Source: Botryllus schlosseri
Taxonomy: Eukaryota
Direction of reading: 5' to 3'
Assembly: GCA_051294905.1 (NCBI GenBank)
Contig: CM119372.1
Location: 10,788,001 to 10,852,000, forward strand
Length of the DNA: 64,000 nucleotides
Shown here: positions 12,401-27,400 of the stretch, piece by piece
Layout of the letters: each line of letters starts with the position of its first letter
Position numbering within the stretch: the stretch's first letter is position 1
Notes under the pieces: model-generated
The model's input: only the letters and a program-made list of their open reading frames with translations
What the model was told of the DNA's origin: nothing
Databases searched by the model: none
Made by a program: the position numbers and the translations under genes

Positions 12401-15400
12401 TCGTAAAATCATTGTAATGACATTACGAATAGCTACGATGAGTACGATCTTGGGAAATATACTCAGCTTTGGTGAGACAGGGGCTATTTCAGGCGTAAGG
12501 TGTGACGATTTCACTCATAGTTGTGATGCGAACCTATCACAAACTACATTCTACTTTTCAAAGCCAATGCGTAAAAAGTACATAGTTTGCATGCAAAATG
12601 TTCGAGTAGAAAAACACTTGAGGATATGCAAAAGCTACTTGAACATTCCGAAAAAGTAGAAGTAGTTCCTTACTGACCACATTTGGTTAGGGAATAGTTG
12701 TAGACCATAATCGGCTGGTATCGTCTCCCGACGGGAATTTCCATATTGGTAAGCATTCGCCCTGCATGGCCGATTTGACCTATATGTCATTGGGACGATT
12801 AGGCTGATATTTCATTTGAAGTCTCTTAGGCGGGTTTTCACTATTGATACCATACAAATCTCATGTACAGACAGTGTGCTGTATGTCACGTGTCGACTAT
12901 AGATAATAAACTGTGTCCCTCGGCCATATATGTCTACAAACTCTACAGTAAATGGATAATCAGGCGACATCATAAAGTGTACCATTGTCAAAATGCTAAT
13001 ATTCGATGAATATACTTTCAGCTGCGTGCAGTGTTCCGATTGGTTTCAAAGTTACAGCAACAACAGACGAGAGCATAGAACTTTCCTGGCAGACACCAGT
13101 AGAGATCGGAGCTGCCGGACTCGATGGTTACAAGGTAACTTAACAGCTTCAGGGACCATTCGTATCTATGGTATCTTTGCGAGAATCGATTACTATAAAT
13201 AAAGCAATTTAAAATGGAATTTGTATCACACGCCATTTACGTTACTATATTCACCCCACCCGTACATCAAAACAAATCGACGGTTTCGCATCCGGTTGAC
13301 GTATGCCGGGATTTGATTGGGGCCTTATCAGTCAAATCTTCAATTAGCTGGCCCCTTACTGCGGGGTTTCAGATTGTGAAGATTCGATTGCGCTCACTAT
13401 GTTTGTTTGTTCTAGAATATCGTCGTTTTTCTTCGCTATCCAGCTGTCATTGCTGATCGCATTATTATTTTAATGCCGCAAAAGTAGCGCGTGTCCCTTT
13501 GGGCGAGAATGGCGCCCAAACTAAACCGGCAACCCGCCGTTATTGTAATAACAAACCGAAAGATGGCAATAGAGAACATCTCACAAAAAATCGAGCGTCA
13601 ACCTCCAATCGCCGTTACAGATGACCGTCAGCAAGCAACCGTGAAATTTGCGGTTTAGTTTCGCACGCCGCAAAGAGCTCGCTTTGTCTTACACGCAGAG
13701 GTTCCCTGTTTTGACTTAACGCACGGGCGATACTGCAGACCATAGTTGCTCAGTAACTAAGTACTGCTGCTTTGTCAGGCCACTCAACTAGGTTTTTACC
13801 TGGTTATGTATCTAAACACTGCCTTCCCTTCTACTGGAGTATTTTTTACGCGAAACTCCTTACTTTTTACAATTTCTAGAAAGCAGTTTTGACATGTGCT
13901 TGCGTCACGTTTACGATTGAGCTGTCGTAAAAACCGAGCTAAATAGCCCCTGTATCACGGGAACCAGATATATATTTGAATATCCAACCTATGTATAGTG
14001 TCGTTTGTTGTATTGCGTTAGTCGCAAAGATATAATTCGCAATTTCTAAAGTATTGTTACCTCCGAATACCTGCAAAAATCGCGCGAGCAATCGCCAAAC
14101 GCATTTTTTGAGACTGGCTGCGCAAGTACTTGTCCTTTACCTTTCATTTTCTATTTCCACTTGATAGATAGCTTTGGATTGTCTCGGAAATCGCTATTTC
14201 AACTTCTAGTTAAGCAGAAACGTAAGGCGTTACTTCTACTTCTACTCGAGCAGCAACGCTCACTACTTTGACCACCGCTGCTTCGGACGCCTTATCGAAC
14301 GCGGGCAAATCCCCACGGAAATGACTCCACTAATATCGCGGCGGAAAATAGATAACTATAAACACGGCACTTGTTTATTCAGCTTGAAATGAGAAAAGCG
14401 AGTGGCGAAGGAGGCGAATGGGTTGAAGTTCAAAACGGGCTGTTGAGTAACAAATCGACCAAAATCAACATCGAAAACTTGGAGACCTGCAAGAAGTACG
14501 AGTTCCGAATCGCCGCCATCAACAAAGCCGGCCCGAGCCAGTTCCAGCAGGTCGGGCCGACTGTGTGCGCGGATCAAGTCGGTAAGCACGCAAAGTATAA
14601 TCGCGGCGCGCGTACATGTAGTATCAAAATAAACAACGCGTCACCTGAACCATCGCCACCGGAATCCAAGTCTATATGGCCTTCATCTTTTAATCGAGAT
14701 GGATCAAGATCGGCGCTAAGGCGTTGGCATTCAATATCGTGCTTTTCCGCCCGGGTAACGGTAAACGAACCGAGATCCTGTAAGAGTTCGACGAAATCTG
14801 TCTACGGAATCTTCTAAAAGTTATTGTCGCGATTGGTAATCTGTAGGTTTAGATCGCTGGCGTGATCTTCAAAAGTATCGAGATTATCTGCGTCGGAAGT
14901 TTGTACACACACCCCTGTTTTTTGTTATCAAAGATTGATTGGCGCGTGACTTTATCGATGTCTCGTAGACAGGCAAGGGACAATAATTCGACTGTTCGAA
15001 TCCTCATATAGTATTAATTGTAAAGATTCTAGACGAGTGAGAGATGCTTTTTTCGAGTACTGGGTACTGACGTTTTAAGTCCATTTCCACTAAGGGTTAC
15101 TTTATCAACTGAAAATATCGTTTCGATGCTATTTTCATACTGTGGAAGCCTTGAAACCTCAATCCGTCGTATCTCAGCATACAAGATATGTTGCAAAGAC
15201 CTAGGTAGTGAAAATATCAGTTCCGTCTTTATGTGATGTTGAACTAGCATCATTTTCTTTGTGGTCGCATAAAAGGTGCACATTTGAACTTTCCGCGCCG
15301 TTCATACTAGCCATAATGAGTGCTACTGGAATACTCGTCTCGACCCGAAGCCGAATATCCGACTCAGAATTAGGGCTGGGCAAAATCGAGTACCGGAGTG

Positions 15401-18400
15401 ATTCGATTCTGAATCACGTAATATGCTTCGAGTCGAGTCGAGTAATCGAGTATCACTCATTATGACGTCATAACAGAATGTAATATGTCAAAGTTCAAAT
15501 ATGAACCTTTTATGCGTCCAGAAAGAATATAATGCCTGTCATCCATCAAATTTAAGATACTTCAGTATTTTTTCGACCATGCCGATTTTATTGCACTTGG
15601 TGACAATGTCGTGGGATAATCATGACTTCGGAAATTTCCAGTAACGTTCGCAGCTTTGTACTACATGTTTCGTATGATAACACATGTGAATAATACATTC
15701 ATATTTATTCCCGAAGCTTTCGTATGCTACGATACGGCCAATCAAGGTTTCAAGGCTTCAACATGGAAAATTAGTAGCGAAACTACAATTCTCGTGATTA
15801 AATTAACTTTCAGTGGCGAGGAGCGTATAATTTCAGTACTCGAAAAAATCGTATTTTACTACTCGACTCGAATCATTAAGATTAATGCTCGATTCAGATT
15901 CGAGTACTCGAATCATTGTGCCCAGCCCTACTCAGAATCGAATCACTCAATATTCGATCTTGGCCAGCCCTAGTCGTGGGCAGGCCTCCTTCAACCGCCC
16001 GATCAAATTATGGGAATCTTCCAAACGCTAATCTCGCGCGACGCCAGATATCCTACACCCAAACGCTGTTCCACCCGCTAACGTGCCCGTAAAGCGTAGG
16101 AGAAGGAAGCTGTCGGCCGCATACGCGCACGCATATCCGCGGCGATGTCGCTGGTCCCGTGCTTTGTTTCCGCTAATGTAAATACCGAGACGTAGCCGAA
16201 GAAATTAAGGCGGTAAAACGACCTCTCGACGCATTCTCGCGTTGCAAATGACGGGTGCGCGCTGTGTAATAGCGCCACGACTTCTCGATTTCCCGGTCAC
16301 GAAACGGTTTATATTCAGGACACTTGAACTTGCGCAGCGTAATCTATCCGTCATTAGAGTAACGGCGAGGCCGTAATTGGGCCGTTCATGAGGCTCGGTG
16401 CCCCGCGCGTATAATCTGCGTTGAAATCGATGACAATATGATTCCGGTATTGTAGCTGGAGTGATATCTGTTCCACAAATCTATTAGAATATCGCTTTCT
16501 TGCGGAATTGCCGATTCAGCCCATGCTATTTATATAAGACATATTTATTCGCTATCAGCTACATAGAACACGCGGATTCCTGGTTTATCGAGATGTACTG
16601 CGCGTTCTATTTTTGAAAAAAACTATATTTAAGTCACATGTCAAGTAATGAACTGAGAATACCCTTCCGTTAATCCCATAACACAAACGAGTACGGTATT
16701 CGCCCAAAATCATTGAAAAAATTTACAACTGATTATACATTCGCTTGTATTATTTTAGTGCAACAACATCAATGCGTTTTGTGTTATAAGGTCTCGGGTA
16801 TTGTTCCCTAACGTTCAAGGATAAGATGACACTTTAATTTAAAAGTGGTAGACAATAACTCGCTGCATTTTCATTGCGTCTTGCGAAAGTACTAGGGTGA
16901 AGGGTCCGTGCAATAAGTCGGACTGATCATAATTCATGGTTAGAGATTCATTGTGATAAATTCAAGCCATCATGACATTGCGATAAAATGAAAATATAAG
17001 AAGGATCCAAAACGACTCGGAGTAGTCATTCAATCAGACACCAACATTGGCCTATAGATGTACAATGTACCATGCAAGAAAGGAGATAGCATGAGATTGC
17101 ATAAAAGTACAACGACAACGACAACAAAAACAGCACCAACAATCGTCATCCAGACATCAATCTCTTATCTATAACAGAGAGGAAACTTTGAATTGTACAA
17201 TATGAACATACAGTTTTAAAGCGACATGCCATAGCAGCGTCAACGTCATTCTATCTCCGAACACTTTGGTCACATTGAAAGCATAACAAAACCAGCTTTC
17301 AATGAAGGATTAACATTCCGTTAAGTGAGCGAATTTGCCAATTAGCAGTCAGCGGAAGGGCCGAGTTCAATTTCGTTTGAAGTTCATCGTCAGTTTGCCG
17401 CTTACGTAACCCAGATTTGTACATCCTCTCATCACATTGCCACGGCAGGACGAAAGCTATCTCGCGGTCGACCGAATTTGCATCAAAATCCACCCAATAC
17501 TTTTTGTAGTCTCCACACAACTTGACAGGTCTCATGGTCAAATAGTCTGCTCTGACGCACGTACCAGCATAGTACCGGGCTCGCTATGGCCATGATGTAA
17601 TGCCATTTGTATAAGAGGCTCGTTATATCATAACATAGGCATGACAAGAGCGTGCAAAATCTATTTGCAACCGAGTCAGATGCGTGAAATAGACGGTGTC
17701 CGATAACGGGTCGATATTCGCAATTTCAAAGACACGGCGTGCGATTGTATCTCCACGTAAATACATCAAGATGGTGAGTACCACGAGCACGAAAGCAGAT
17801 AAGAAATCGTAGATCGCCGTGTTCGACGCGATAAAACCTAGCTGTCAGCGTCTAATCAATCAATATATCTATTGTTCTCTACGAGGCACGGGCAGTTGAT
17901 ATATCATATAGTACTCTATGACATTAGTCTAATCTTGATACCATGCTGGCTGCGTACAAAGCGACGGTTACACACAAACGTGACCTATCTAAACCGAATT
18001 GTCACGATGAGAGAATACCGTGGAAATTCGAACAAGCTCCACCGGCGGTTATAACAATGCCATAATCTAATTGACAGAATAGTTGAACTTGTAGTCGCTC
18101 TGTGTACTTCCTACACGCCATGTACCAACATAATGAGCGCATAAACTAGCTCATTAGGACCGTATAACTGGAAAATATCGTAGTTGAACAATGTCTTTGC
18201 TCATTAGTCTAAGCCGGTTTTATTTACAGTGAGTGTACTACGTGATAAACTACCCGTAGCCTACTGCAAAAACAATACGATTGCCTGTCACTAGGTGATT
18301 CGCATTTCTGGAATCCCTGATCATCAAATATCATCGTGAAAAACGAAGAGACCAACACCTCCATAATTTATTGATGTGACTTGATTCTACATGTCAGTAA

Positions 18401-21400
18401 GTTGGGGTTATGGAAACTAGGTTTCTATTTGAATTTGGCACTCACTCACCTCTTCTTCCAGTTCTCGGTCAAGTGTGAACTATCTATACTTGACCAGATT
18501 TGAAAGCTAAACTATATACAATTATACATACTTTCTTTTCCCGTAGAGAGTAGGTCAAATGCATATATATTGTATTATTAAACATTTTATCAGTGTATCA
18601 TAATCTGAGAGAGATAGTGTAATGGGGATGCGTCCGGCTTCGTGATCATAGGTCGTGGGTGCAATCCCCGGTCGGGTCAGACCAAAGACTCGAAAACTGG
18701 TCTCTGCGGCTATACCTCGCTAGGCCAGTAGCCAGTCTAGACGACCTTACTTGAAGGTCGTATTGCACCTCCATCGTTGAAGCAGTCGATGGTACATTCG
18801 AATATGAATCTGATCGATCTCTCGAAATGTAGGACCATTCTTGATACTTGATTAAGCCCCCTCCCAATGCGAGTTTTGATCCCCATTAACCCCCGCTCTC
18901 TGGTTTCGAGACCACCGGATTTTCGTAGCACTATTTGCCATCCTGCTTCAGTTATGAGAAAGCCTTACGGGGCTATCAGAAATAACAGTAGACTGGCAAT
19001 CTGCCTCCGAAGGGATTTTTCAAGCTATACCTTCATAAACACAAGTCAAATAGCGCTGTATTTCTACTTGATGGATAGCTTTGGCAGTTATTTGAAATTA
19101 ATAGCCATATTGGTACATAATGTAAATTTTTACATCACAACTTGTATTATTATTAGACTACCCTCAGTGACTTGAAGAAAATTCAGTAGCTACGTTTATT
19201 GAAGACAAAATTATACGGGACAAATGATCTCTTACAATCGCTGACGAATATAGTCCGGGAAGGGGTATGTATAGGCTCAAGTTTTGATCCTGGAATAATG
19301 CAAAGTTAATTTTTCTGTAAGTCGCAATTCTATCTGATTTCGCGTCATCGCTAAAGTGCTTTCTAGTTTTTGTTCAAAGTCTACCAAATGCAATGTCTTC
19401 TTCCATTAGTAATTTCCATTCCTTTATACAACTTGAATCTGTTACCGATCAGTAAATTGAATCCTAATTCTCCGAGTCATTACCAACTCAATTTGCGACT
19501 TTGTGGCTTTTTCTTTGTTATGATTTACACCAGGTAAGCGACAGGAGATATAATTGGAACAGCTCAGAAGTAATCAATGCCAATCCCGATTCGACCTTTG
19601 GTTTTAGCCGGTTTTGGTATAAACAAAGTATTATTGCCGACCAGATACAGTAATATTCATGTACGATCAACAATGATTTACCTTACTACATCCGCCGATG
19701 TAGTCAACAGATACGTTGCAATATCCACGATTCGCGTATCAATATGTGGGGTCATTCGTGAATGTGATTCTCTTTCTCATCCCAGCGTCTTACATTACAC
19801 TTGTATCCCCATTCACACGCCACGGACCGTCGCTTGCGCGGTAATGTTGTCATCTCATACCGTCATGCCATCTTTCGCATGACTAAAATGTAATAAAGCG
19901 GATTTATAGCCGAGGATTGAATGTCGATCGCGTACCGCGCGAATTTCCACCAACCGTCAGCGTCTTGTTAGCGATAAGTCCGGCAGATACATACGGGCTG
20001 TCTTTCGACACGCTCCGCGAGAATCCCAGGAATACAGAGCCCGCGTTATCTTTCCGTATGCGCAGCCACAATGTTTGCACATCTGTCTCGCCCGCAAGTA
20101 ATATTACCGCTGTTGCAGAGGAGCCTAAGATATCCATCCCGCGGCCCTACTTGAAGCCCGTCAAAGTTAAAGTGGGCGAGAAACTTCACATCAACGTCCC
20201 TTACCAGGTAATTGGCGCGGTTTTGTTTATCCAATTTGGTTACCATAACACGATCGCCTTTGATGCAGGGGAAACCCAAGCCCGTTTTAACATGGACTAT
20301 GGACGGCAAGCCGTTGGAGGATCACGTTGCTGTGCGCAATTCGCCCGACTCGACCGTGCTCTTCATACGCAAGGCTGAGCGCTGGGATTCCGGGCGCTAT
20401 CATCTCGAATTGCGCGTGGGAGAGGACGCGGTTACGGCGCATATCGACGTGGCAGTGATCGGTGATTTGATTTCCGTATTAGGCGATCTTTACGCGTCTC
20501 ATCGGCGGGGTTGTGAATATCAGAGGTGGTCACTGAAGAAATGCTTTTTTGTAATCCAACATTTTCTGCTCTAACTTCGCTTCTACTGGTTGGAATCGAG
20601 CCAAATTTGGTATGCAGGGGTTTTAGGTAACCTAACAATTTCCTCACCTAGCCAGTGACATTTGGAATATCCCTTGGTCAGTGACGTAGTACTTCTACTT
20701 TTTCGGAGTACTCACGTGGACCTACTTGCACTGCTCACTGAAGTGGTGATGTTTGTTAGACAACTTTCTCTTCTGCTTGAATAGGTTTTAGGTAAAACTA
20801 TACTTACATCACACACTTTATGTTTTTATAAATAGAGAGTAGTTTTGGAATAATTTTGCATCAATTTTATGAATGAAATTGTCACAAGAACCGCGCGAAG
20901 TAGCTCTTGTATCATCGCAACTGAAAGATTGTATTTATTTGCAGTGACGTTAGTCATATTGCGTTAGTCGCGAAGATGGACCCTCCCATTTCGTAAGTAG
21001 ACTTGTCCGATTAACGGGTAAGAGTATGCGACTTCCCCTTGAAGTAGTTTTGACGTATCTTGGAAATTGCTATACGTATGCTACTTCTACTTTTGTAGCA
21101 AGAGTGGCTATTCTTTGATCCCCTCTAGCGTATAAAGACTTTCGGGAGGTAAAGGTTGTGTAGGGTAGACCGTTCGGTAAATACGCGGAATTCGTACGGC
21201 GTCGCAGTGATTTCATTGTAAAATTGAACGATACGCACAAAATGTGCCCTTGTTCGATCCCGTATCCATCGATCTAAATTTTCCGGATTTTGACAGATTA
21301 TATTGCCTGTGGCATTCGACCACTTCCAATATACACTATAGCTTGCTTACGTAAACAATACGAATTAGGTTGACGAACGAGTGCAGGAACGCGATAGCGC

Positions 21401-24400
21401 GCTTTGTATCTGATTCTACGCGATTATATCCATGTCCGAAGCTTAAATATCCGAGCTGAAATGCAACGAGTCGCTTACACACAGTTGGACTGGACAAACG
21501 ACGGTGTTTCGCTCCTATAATCCACAGTTGGGTAGTGATGATATGTCAGATAGTCTAACACGAACGCTGATCCTGTCAAGTCAACGCGTACCGTCGTCAC
21601 TTACGCGTGACTATCGGGAGCGGTTAAGCTTGTTAGCGCTAATTTTGTTATTTGCGATTTTATCCTTAGCTAAATTGGGGTGTGCGGAGGTCACCCGTGG
21701 CGATAATAACCCTCGCTGTTGCAGATATCCCGTCTAAGCCCCGTCAGGTGAAACTTGTCGAAGTCATTGGCAACTCGGCGTCTTTGAAATGGGAAGAACC
21801 GAACGACTCCGGCAACACGGACATTATCGGTTACGCGGTGGAGAAGCGTGACACAAGGAGCGATGATTGGTATTTGGATAACTCTGCTTGCTTTTGGTTT
21901 TGTTTAGTGAGAAACGTGAACTATTTACACTGGCTTTACTTTCGCTTTTTGAGTCAAGGAATATTATATTTAGTCTTACGTACATTTGAACGATTGTTAC
22001 GAGTATATACGGAAAGTCTTTTATTCTTCCATCGTGCAATGACTTTCAGGGGCGCGTGCACTTGGTAATATGGCCCATAAATCACGAATATGACAAGTGA
22101 GCTGTTTTTGCAACACTCCCCACAGAATTGCAAGTCATCCTGCGTTGGTTACATCAATTTGCGGTTAGGAACTTTGCAAATCGGCCGTAATCTTCGATTG
22201 GCAAAACCGACCAAGTGCCTGGCACACTATTTCAAACTTGTTTTTATGGTACATGATTGCGTCTCAAGGCAATTATTTACTAAATTCAAGTACTTGGTAT
22301 GCCTTTGAAATAACTGATCCTACTTTCATTTGAGTAATAAATGGTAGCACATCCTTTCTTTGGATTTTGGAATCCGATTAAAGACTTTCTGACCACCGCT
22401 GCCTAATTACCACTCTTACATTGCAGTCTACAGCAGCGCACAAACTCATACACTTCCATTATTCCATTTCACCCGTTCAAATCGCGACACGATACTATGA
22501 CAGAACATAATTATTGAAAATTCTTAAATTACTTGATAACAGTTCATAAACAACACTCCCGTTTACCCCTCTTCTGTATTGCGTGTATTATTTTCCAGGG
22601 GTAGATTGAGCGTTGCAAGTCTCTGTGACGATACAGCGTCGATATAATCTTATGTTATTAATGACGTGGCTGATAGCAGGATCGAACATACTGTTTTAAT
22701 ACTGATGACGTAAATACCAATCGCATACGTACGTTTTGAATACGTCCCATTCCGACTAAAACACCAATATCGTCCGTATTGTCATCCGTGTCGAAGGTTA
22801 TCAGAAAAATCAACAATGGTTAAAAAATGCATAAACAAGCGATTAGGGATGGTGTGAACGTGAGGTTCACGTTCGAGTTCTGTGTGTGAACCTCAGAAAT
22901 TTAGAGGTTCACGTTCACAAACGAACCTTGGTAGGTTCTGCACTGTGAACCTTTTTCATAGATTACCATTTTTCACGTCATTATAACATCTTTGGTTGAA
23001 ATTATTTGCATGTCAACTCCGCACCACTCTATGTATGGCGCTGGCAGCTACGTGTAGGTATTCAGCGTATGATGCTTATTCAACCAATTAATGATACTGA
23101 TATCGTTGTCTGATGTAAAAATTCTCGCAGGCGTACGGTGTCAATCTTGATTTCACATGTTTACTGTATCATAAAAACGAAATCCGTGCGATTGGGGTGT
23201 TGGCTACTGCTATATAACTTGTTATTGGGATAATATCGGTAGCAAGTACAGAAACCCGTTTTTCACTCTGCTCAATATCAACGTAGTAATATTCCCACGC
23301 AGAATACATTGTCAGGTCTGGCCTAGACCGTTAAGGCGTAAGCTTATATTCCCTTGCAAGTCCTCGTCTAAATTGGTGGCAAAGCGACGGAAGGCATTGA
23401 TTCTATGGGATTGTTATATCATTTGATTGCCCCAGTTGATGCATTTCTCGTCGTTAAAAACATCAATATGTACTTCAGCATTGTGGCGTTATGTGGCCTG
23501 AGTCGTCGCTAGATATCGTGTATATATAGTGTATACTAAATAGCATAAGCTGTCACTTCACTGAAATGGCGAACAATACCACTTGCGTTATAATCGCCAA
23601 TCAAATAATAATCAACAACAACAACAACAACAAGAAGAACAACAACAACAACAACAAAAACAACTGAAATGCAGAGTTGGAATCAGCAATATGACATCAC
23701 GTGAAGTCATGAGGTTCACGTTCGCGTTCACACAGAACCTTTCAAAAAGGTTCGCGTTCACACGACCCTGAACCTTTCAGAGGTTCACACCACCCCTACA
23801 AGCGATGCATAATAGTAGGCCAACACGAATTCGCAATTGTAATTAGCTTCGTTTTACAATTCTGTCACGAACCATCGAAGCGTTCGTCAGTAAAGCACCT
23901 GTAATAACCGGTGACCACGTGGCCAAATGGGCGTTCAGTTCTCTCAAATTATCGGACAAGTGAGCAGTGAAACCAGTATAGCAAATATATATACACTGTA
24001 AAGTGTAAATATATGTGGGTGAACAGATTTCGACCATAGCGTAAGGTACAAATCGTCCCACCACGATTCCTGGTGCCAAAGTTTACTTTCACGGCCATTC
24101 CCAAAGGCGAAAACGACAAATACAGGAATCCTCATGGAGATATACACGAGTGTTGTATAGTGGGGGATCTGTTTACATGCAACACCGTTTTGCACGTTCT
24201 TTAGTGGTGGTACAACACGAAAACTAAGTTTACCCCTAGGATACATCTTCATGAAAATTGATGTATAGTGCCCGTTTTTACCCATTGTAACCGAGGCGAA
24301 AGCAAAATTTTGTACCAGAAAGCGCCGTTTACCTAATTTGTCCTCTAAGCTATAGTGTAAATCGGCAAAGTATATGATTGACGTTTACTACGTGATAGAC

Positions 24401-27400
24401 ACAGAGGTACAGTCATAGTAACCGTAAACGATGCCTGGATTGACCTGGAATAGACACGCGTTGGCGCTACATAACAGTCGATGACAAAGGTGTTATTGTA
24501 CAACGCAGACCTGCTCCGTTGTTTTATGGTAATTATACATGTCGGTTGATTAATGATCGTATTGGGCAATAATGGCCATTGTTTACTGAGGCGTAATTTT
24601 GCTATGGCTGATCTCCTGAAGGGCCTGACCTCCGACCCGTGTCGCATTTGCGGTGTTAGTTATATGAAAATAAATAATCGCGCACATGATTGCCGTGACC
24701 TTATGCACCGCGTTAAATGCGATTGTGCGAGCCTTTGTCGGTCGCGCTGCCTATATTGTCACATTGTTGTCTTAATAAACAATCCATCCGCCATCTCGCG
24801 TCGCTCCAAGTGCACACTGCACACTGCGCAGCGCGCATACGTCGCTATTGACAGCCAGATATCAGCGATGAAACTGATAACGCCTTATCGGCTGGCTCTA
24901 TCGAGGACTTCCCAGCCTCGCTTTTCACGCAGGTTCGTCGTGTACGACAAGCTACGGCATAAGCAATGTCAAGTCAGCGATCTCGTGCTTGGAAACAATT
25001 ACTTTTTCCGCGTAAGAGCCATCAACGAAGTCGGTATCGGCGACGCGTCCCCCACGAAAGATAGCGCCGATATACCAAAGGAAAGTAAGACGGATTTTAT
25101 CTCTGTACGCTCTCGCGTTATTAAATACCGGAACCGTGTTAGCGGGCTGCGTGCAAAATCAAAGATTTTGTCGGAAACACGCCGAACGTGGTCGGTAAAA
25201 GTATTCGAGTAGGTTTCGTCTATACTTGCACTATTGATACTCAAGTGCCTATGTTTTTGACGACCCCTTTCTGTATGTCTTCATCATAAGAAGCATGGAA
25301 AATAGCCGCCGCTCAGACTGCTGAGTACATTTACGAAGATTCCACATATATATTTAGCGTCATCAGCCATTTTGCGTTTGTCGCTAATATAAGACGCATC
25401 TTGTAATTTCGTAAGTAGCCGCCGCCGATTAACTGCCAAAAGTGTGCTGACCCGCGCGTACTTCCAATTTTGGAAACTACTTACTTGAGTACTTTTCGGA
25501 CCTTCCATTTTCTACTTCCACTTAGGATAGCTCTGAGATGTCTTCGAAATCGCTACTTTTACTTGTAATAGAGTAGACATTTATGGCGTTGCTTCTCCTT
25601 GTACTTGAGTAACAACGTGGATTACTTTGACCACCTCTGGATATACCTGCATCTGTCTATATATAAATGCATTTTCCGACATAAGCGGTACAAAGACCGC
25701 GGTCCCACATCTATTTTGAATCATAGAATCTAACACGCTACCGCTAATGAGTCTTCAACGATTCTATTCTTACGTGACTGGACTCGAGATGTGTTCGAGA
25801 CTGTAGAAACTCATTTGTCATTTAGTGAATGTAAACAAGCGTACATATCGCGCAATCTGCGCGGTGATACATTCTATTGTGTCTCTTCAAGAACATTACA
25901 GATCTATGTAAATTTTCACCGAGTCTCGATTTATAACGGTATACGTAACCTGGCGGTTATTGGGTGTCATTATCCGTGATACAGGTACATCCGGTCGGAA
26001 GTGGTGGCGATGGCATTAGTTGGATGTAGTTGACGTCCGTGAATATTATCTGAATCGCTCTCTTTCGCGATCCAATGCGCATGGCATCAGATTGCCGTAA
26101 TGGATAGGTTGTTATTCGTTAAATTCTTTGGTCGGGTTCGAAAATAATATGTAATTCGCCAGTTTTTTTTTTAAATATTCTGAACTCTGAACACTAAAAT
26201 CTTGTTGAGAGTTTGCGTGGACCCCCTTTGTGAGTTAGTCTGAGAAACAGGTTTTAAACCGCATTAATTCGACATGGCGCAACTTTATTAGAATGTATTG
26301 TCACCAAAATGTTTGTTTTATCAAATTTAAAGAACAGAGACTTCACTTTCTTTCCCCTATATTCTATTTTATCATGGTTTCTCCGATTGAGTGTGACTTC
26401 TTTTACTTGACAATGCGATAAGGAACCAACGATGTTTCGATATTTCGTTTTTGTGTTGTCATAAAGTCATGGTTCGGTAAGGTTCCAGATTTCTCAAACC
26501 GAGATAAGAGATCAATATTTGTCAGATGAATTATTGGGGTGTACTGATTCGAAATGATCTCAAAACGTCGAGGGCTTCATAGGATTCCGTTAGCAAAAAC
26601 CATCCCACATAAAACGCACTGTCTCTTTTGCATCCCAACGCGGGAGTTAAGAAAGTGAAACCGAAAGGAATATATTGTTCGCTGTGTAGTTATTATTCTT
26701 TGACATTTTTGAAACGGGATGAAAAGTTAATAAGACATAGAAAAAAAGTTGGAAACATTTTATTGACCTTGAAATAAACATAAAGATTTTCATCGTCATT
26801 TCACGAACCACTTAAAAATCAACCCAGGCGATACGCGAACCCCGGTTTAAGAACCCCCGTTATCAGAGGTGGTCAGTAACGAAGTACTTCTACTTTTTCG
26901 AAGTACTCAAGTAGTTCTCCTCTACTTCTGGTACTTACTCAAGTAAATCTGATTTTCGCTACCTCTACTTCTACTTCGCAATATTATGTGATCTACTTAC
27001 TTACTTTTCGCTATTTTCAGTTTGTCAAGTAGAAGTAGTTTAATCCTCCAATCAGGAAGATAGCCTGAGGAATTTCGGGGCTGTTTTCAAGGAGTATCAA
27101 CATTTAATTTTCATAAAAGTTGAGTAAAGCCCAGAATTTTCGTCGCGCTTCGCGCCCAGTGGATACGGAGTGACCAGTATGATTTCACCAAAGTATCGGT
27201 GAATATAATTTAGGTAGCGGGTTGGCCTGCTTACGCTCACATCGCATTGTCGCCCTTCGCCCATATGAAATATTTCATCACATTATGGATCATCATAACG
27301 TTTGAAACTGATGTTTTGCAATCTAGCATTTACTTATCATATCGTAATCTAGCAATCCATGGCGTGTCCTAATCCGGAAAAGTGGACTCTGACTTTTTTT

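Noticed and set aside
12704-12748. In-frame 45-nt cassette candidate between C6 and C7 (DHNRLVSSPDGNFHI) with a perfect gtaagc donor
   Set aside because: Purine-rich acceptor next to a MITE end and no homology; expected by chance in this much intron.
16048-16095. In-frame 48-nt cassette candidate between C7 and C8, next to a KRRRRKLS stretch
   Set aside because: Weak donor and pyrimidine tract, with no supporting homology.
17299-17541. Minus ORF with LCGDYK and REIAFVLPW, reminiscent of Gypsy reverse transcriptase
   Set aside because: Motif spacing is about 40 aa too short, and there are no LTRs or other RT motifs.
18423-18434. TTCTATTTGAAT, a partial match to the Ciona spliced-leader exon (ATTCTATTTGAATAAG)
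   Set aside because: Only 12 nt, with no following AG|GT donor or Sm site.
23583-23771. Poly-Q ORF
   Set aside because: Translation of a (CAA)n microsatellite inside a hAT element.
24553-25212. 219-aa ORF as a single exon
   Set aside because: Only 24933-25084 is FN3-like and bounded by splice sites; the rest is open intron sequence.
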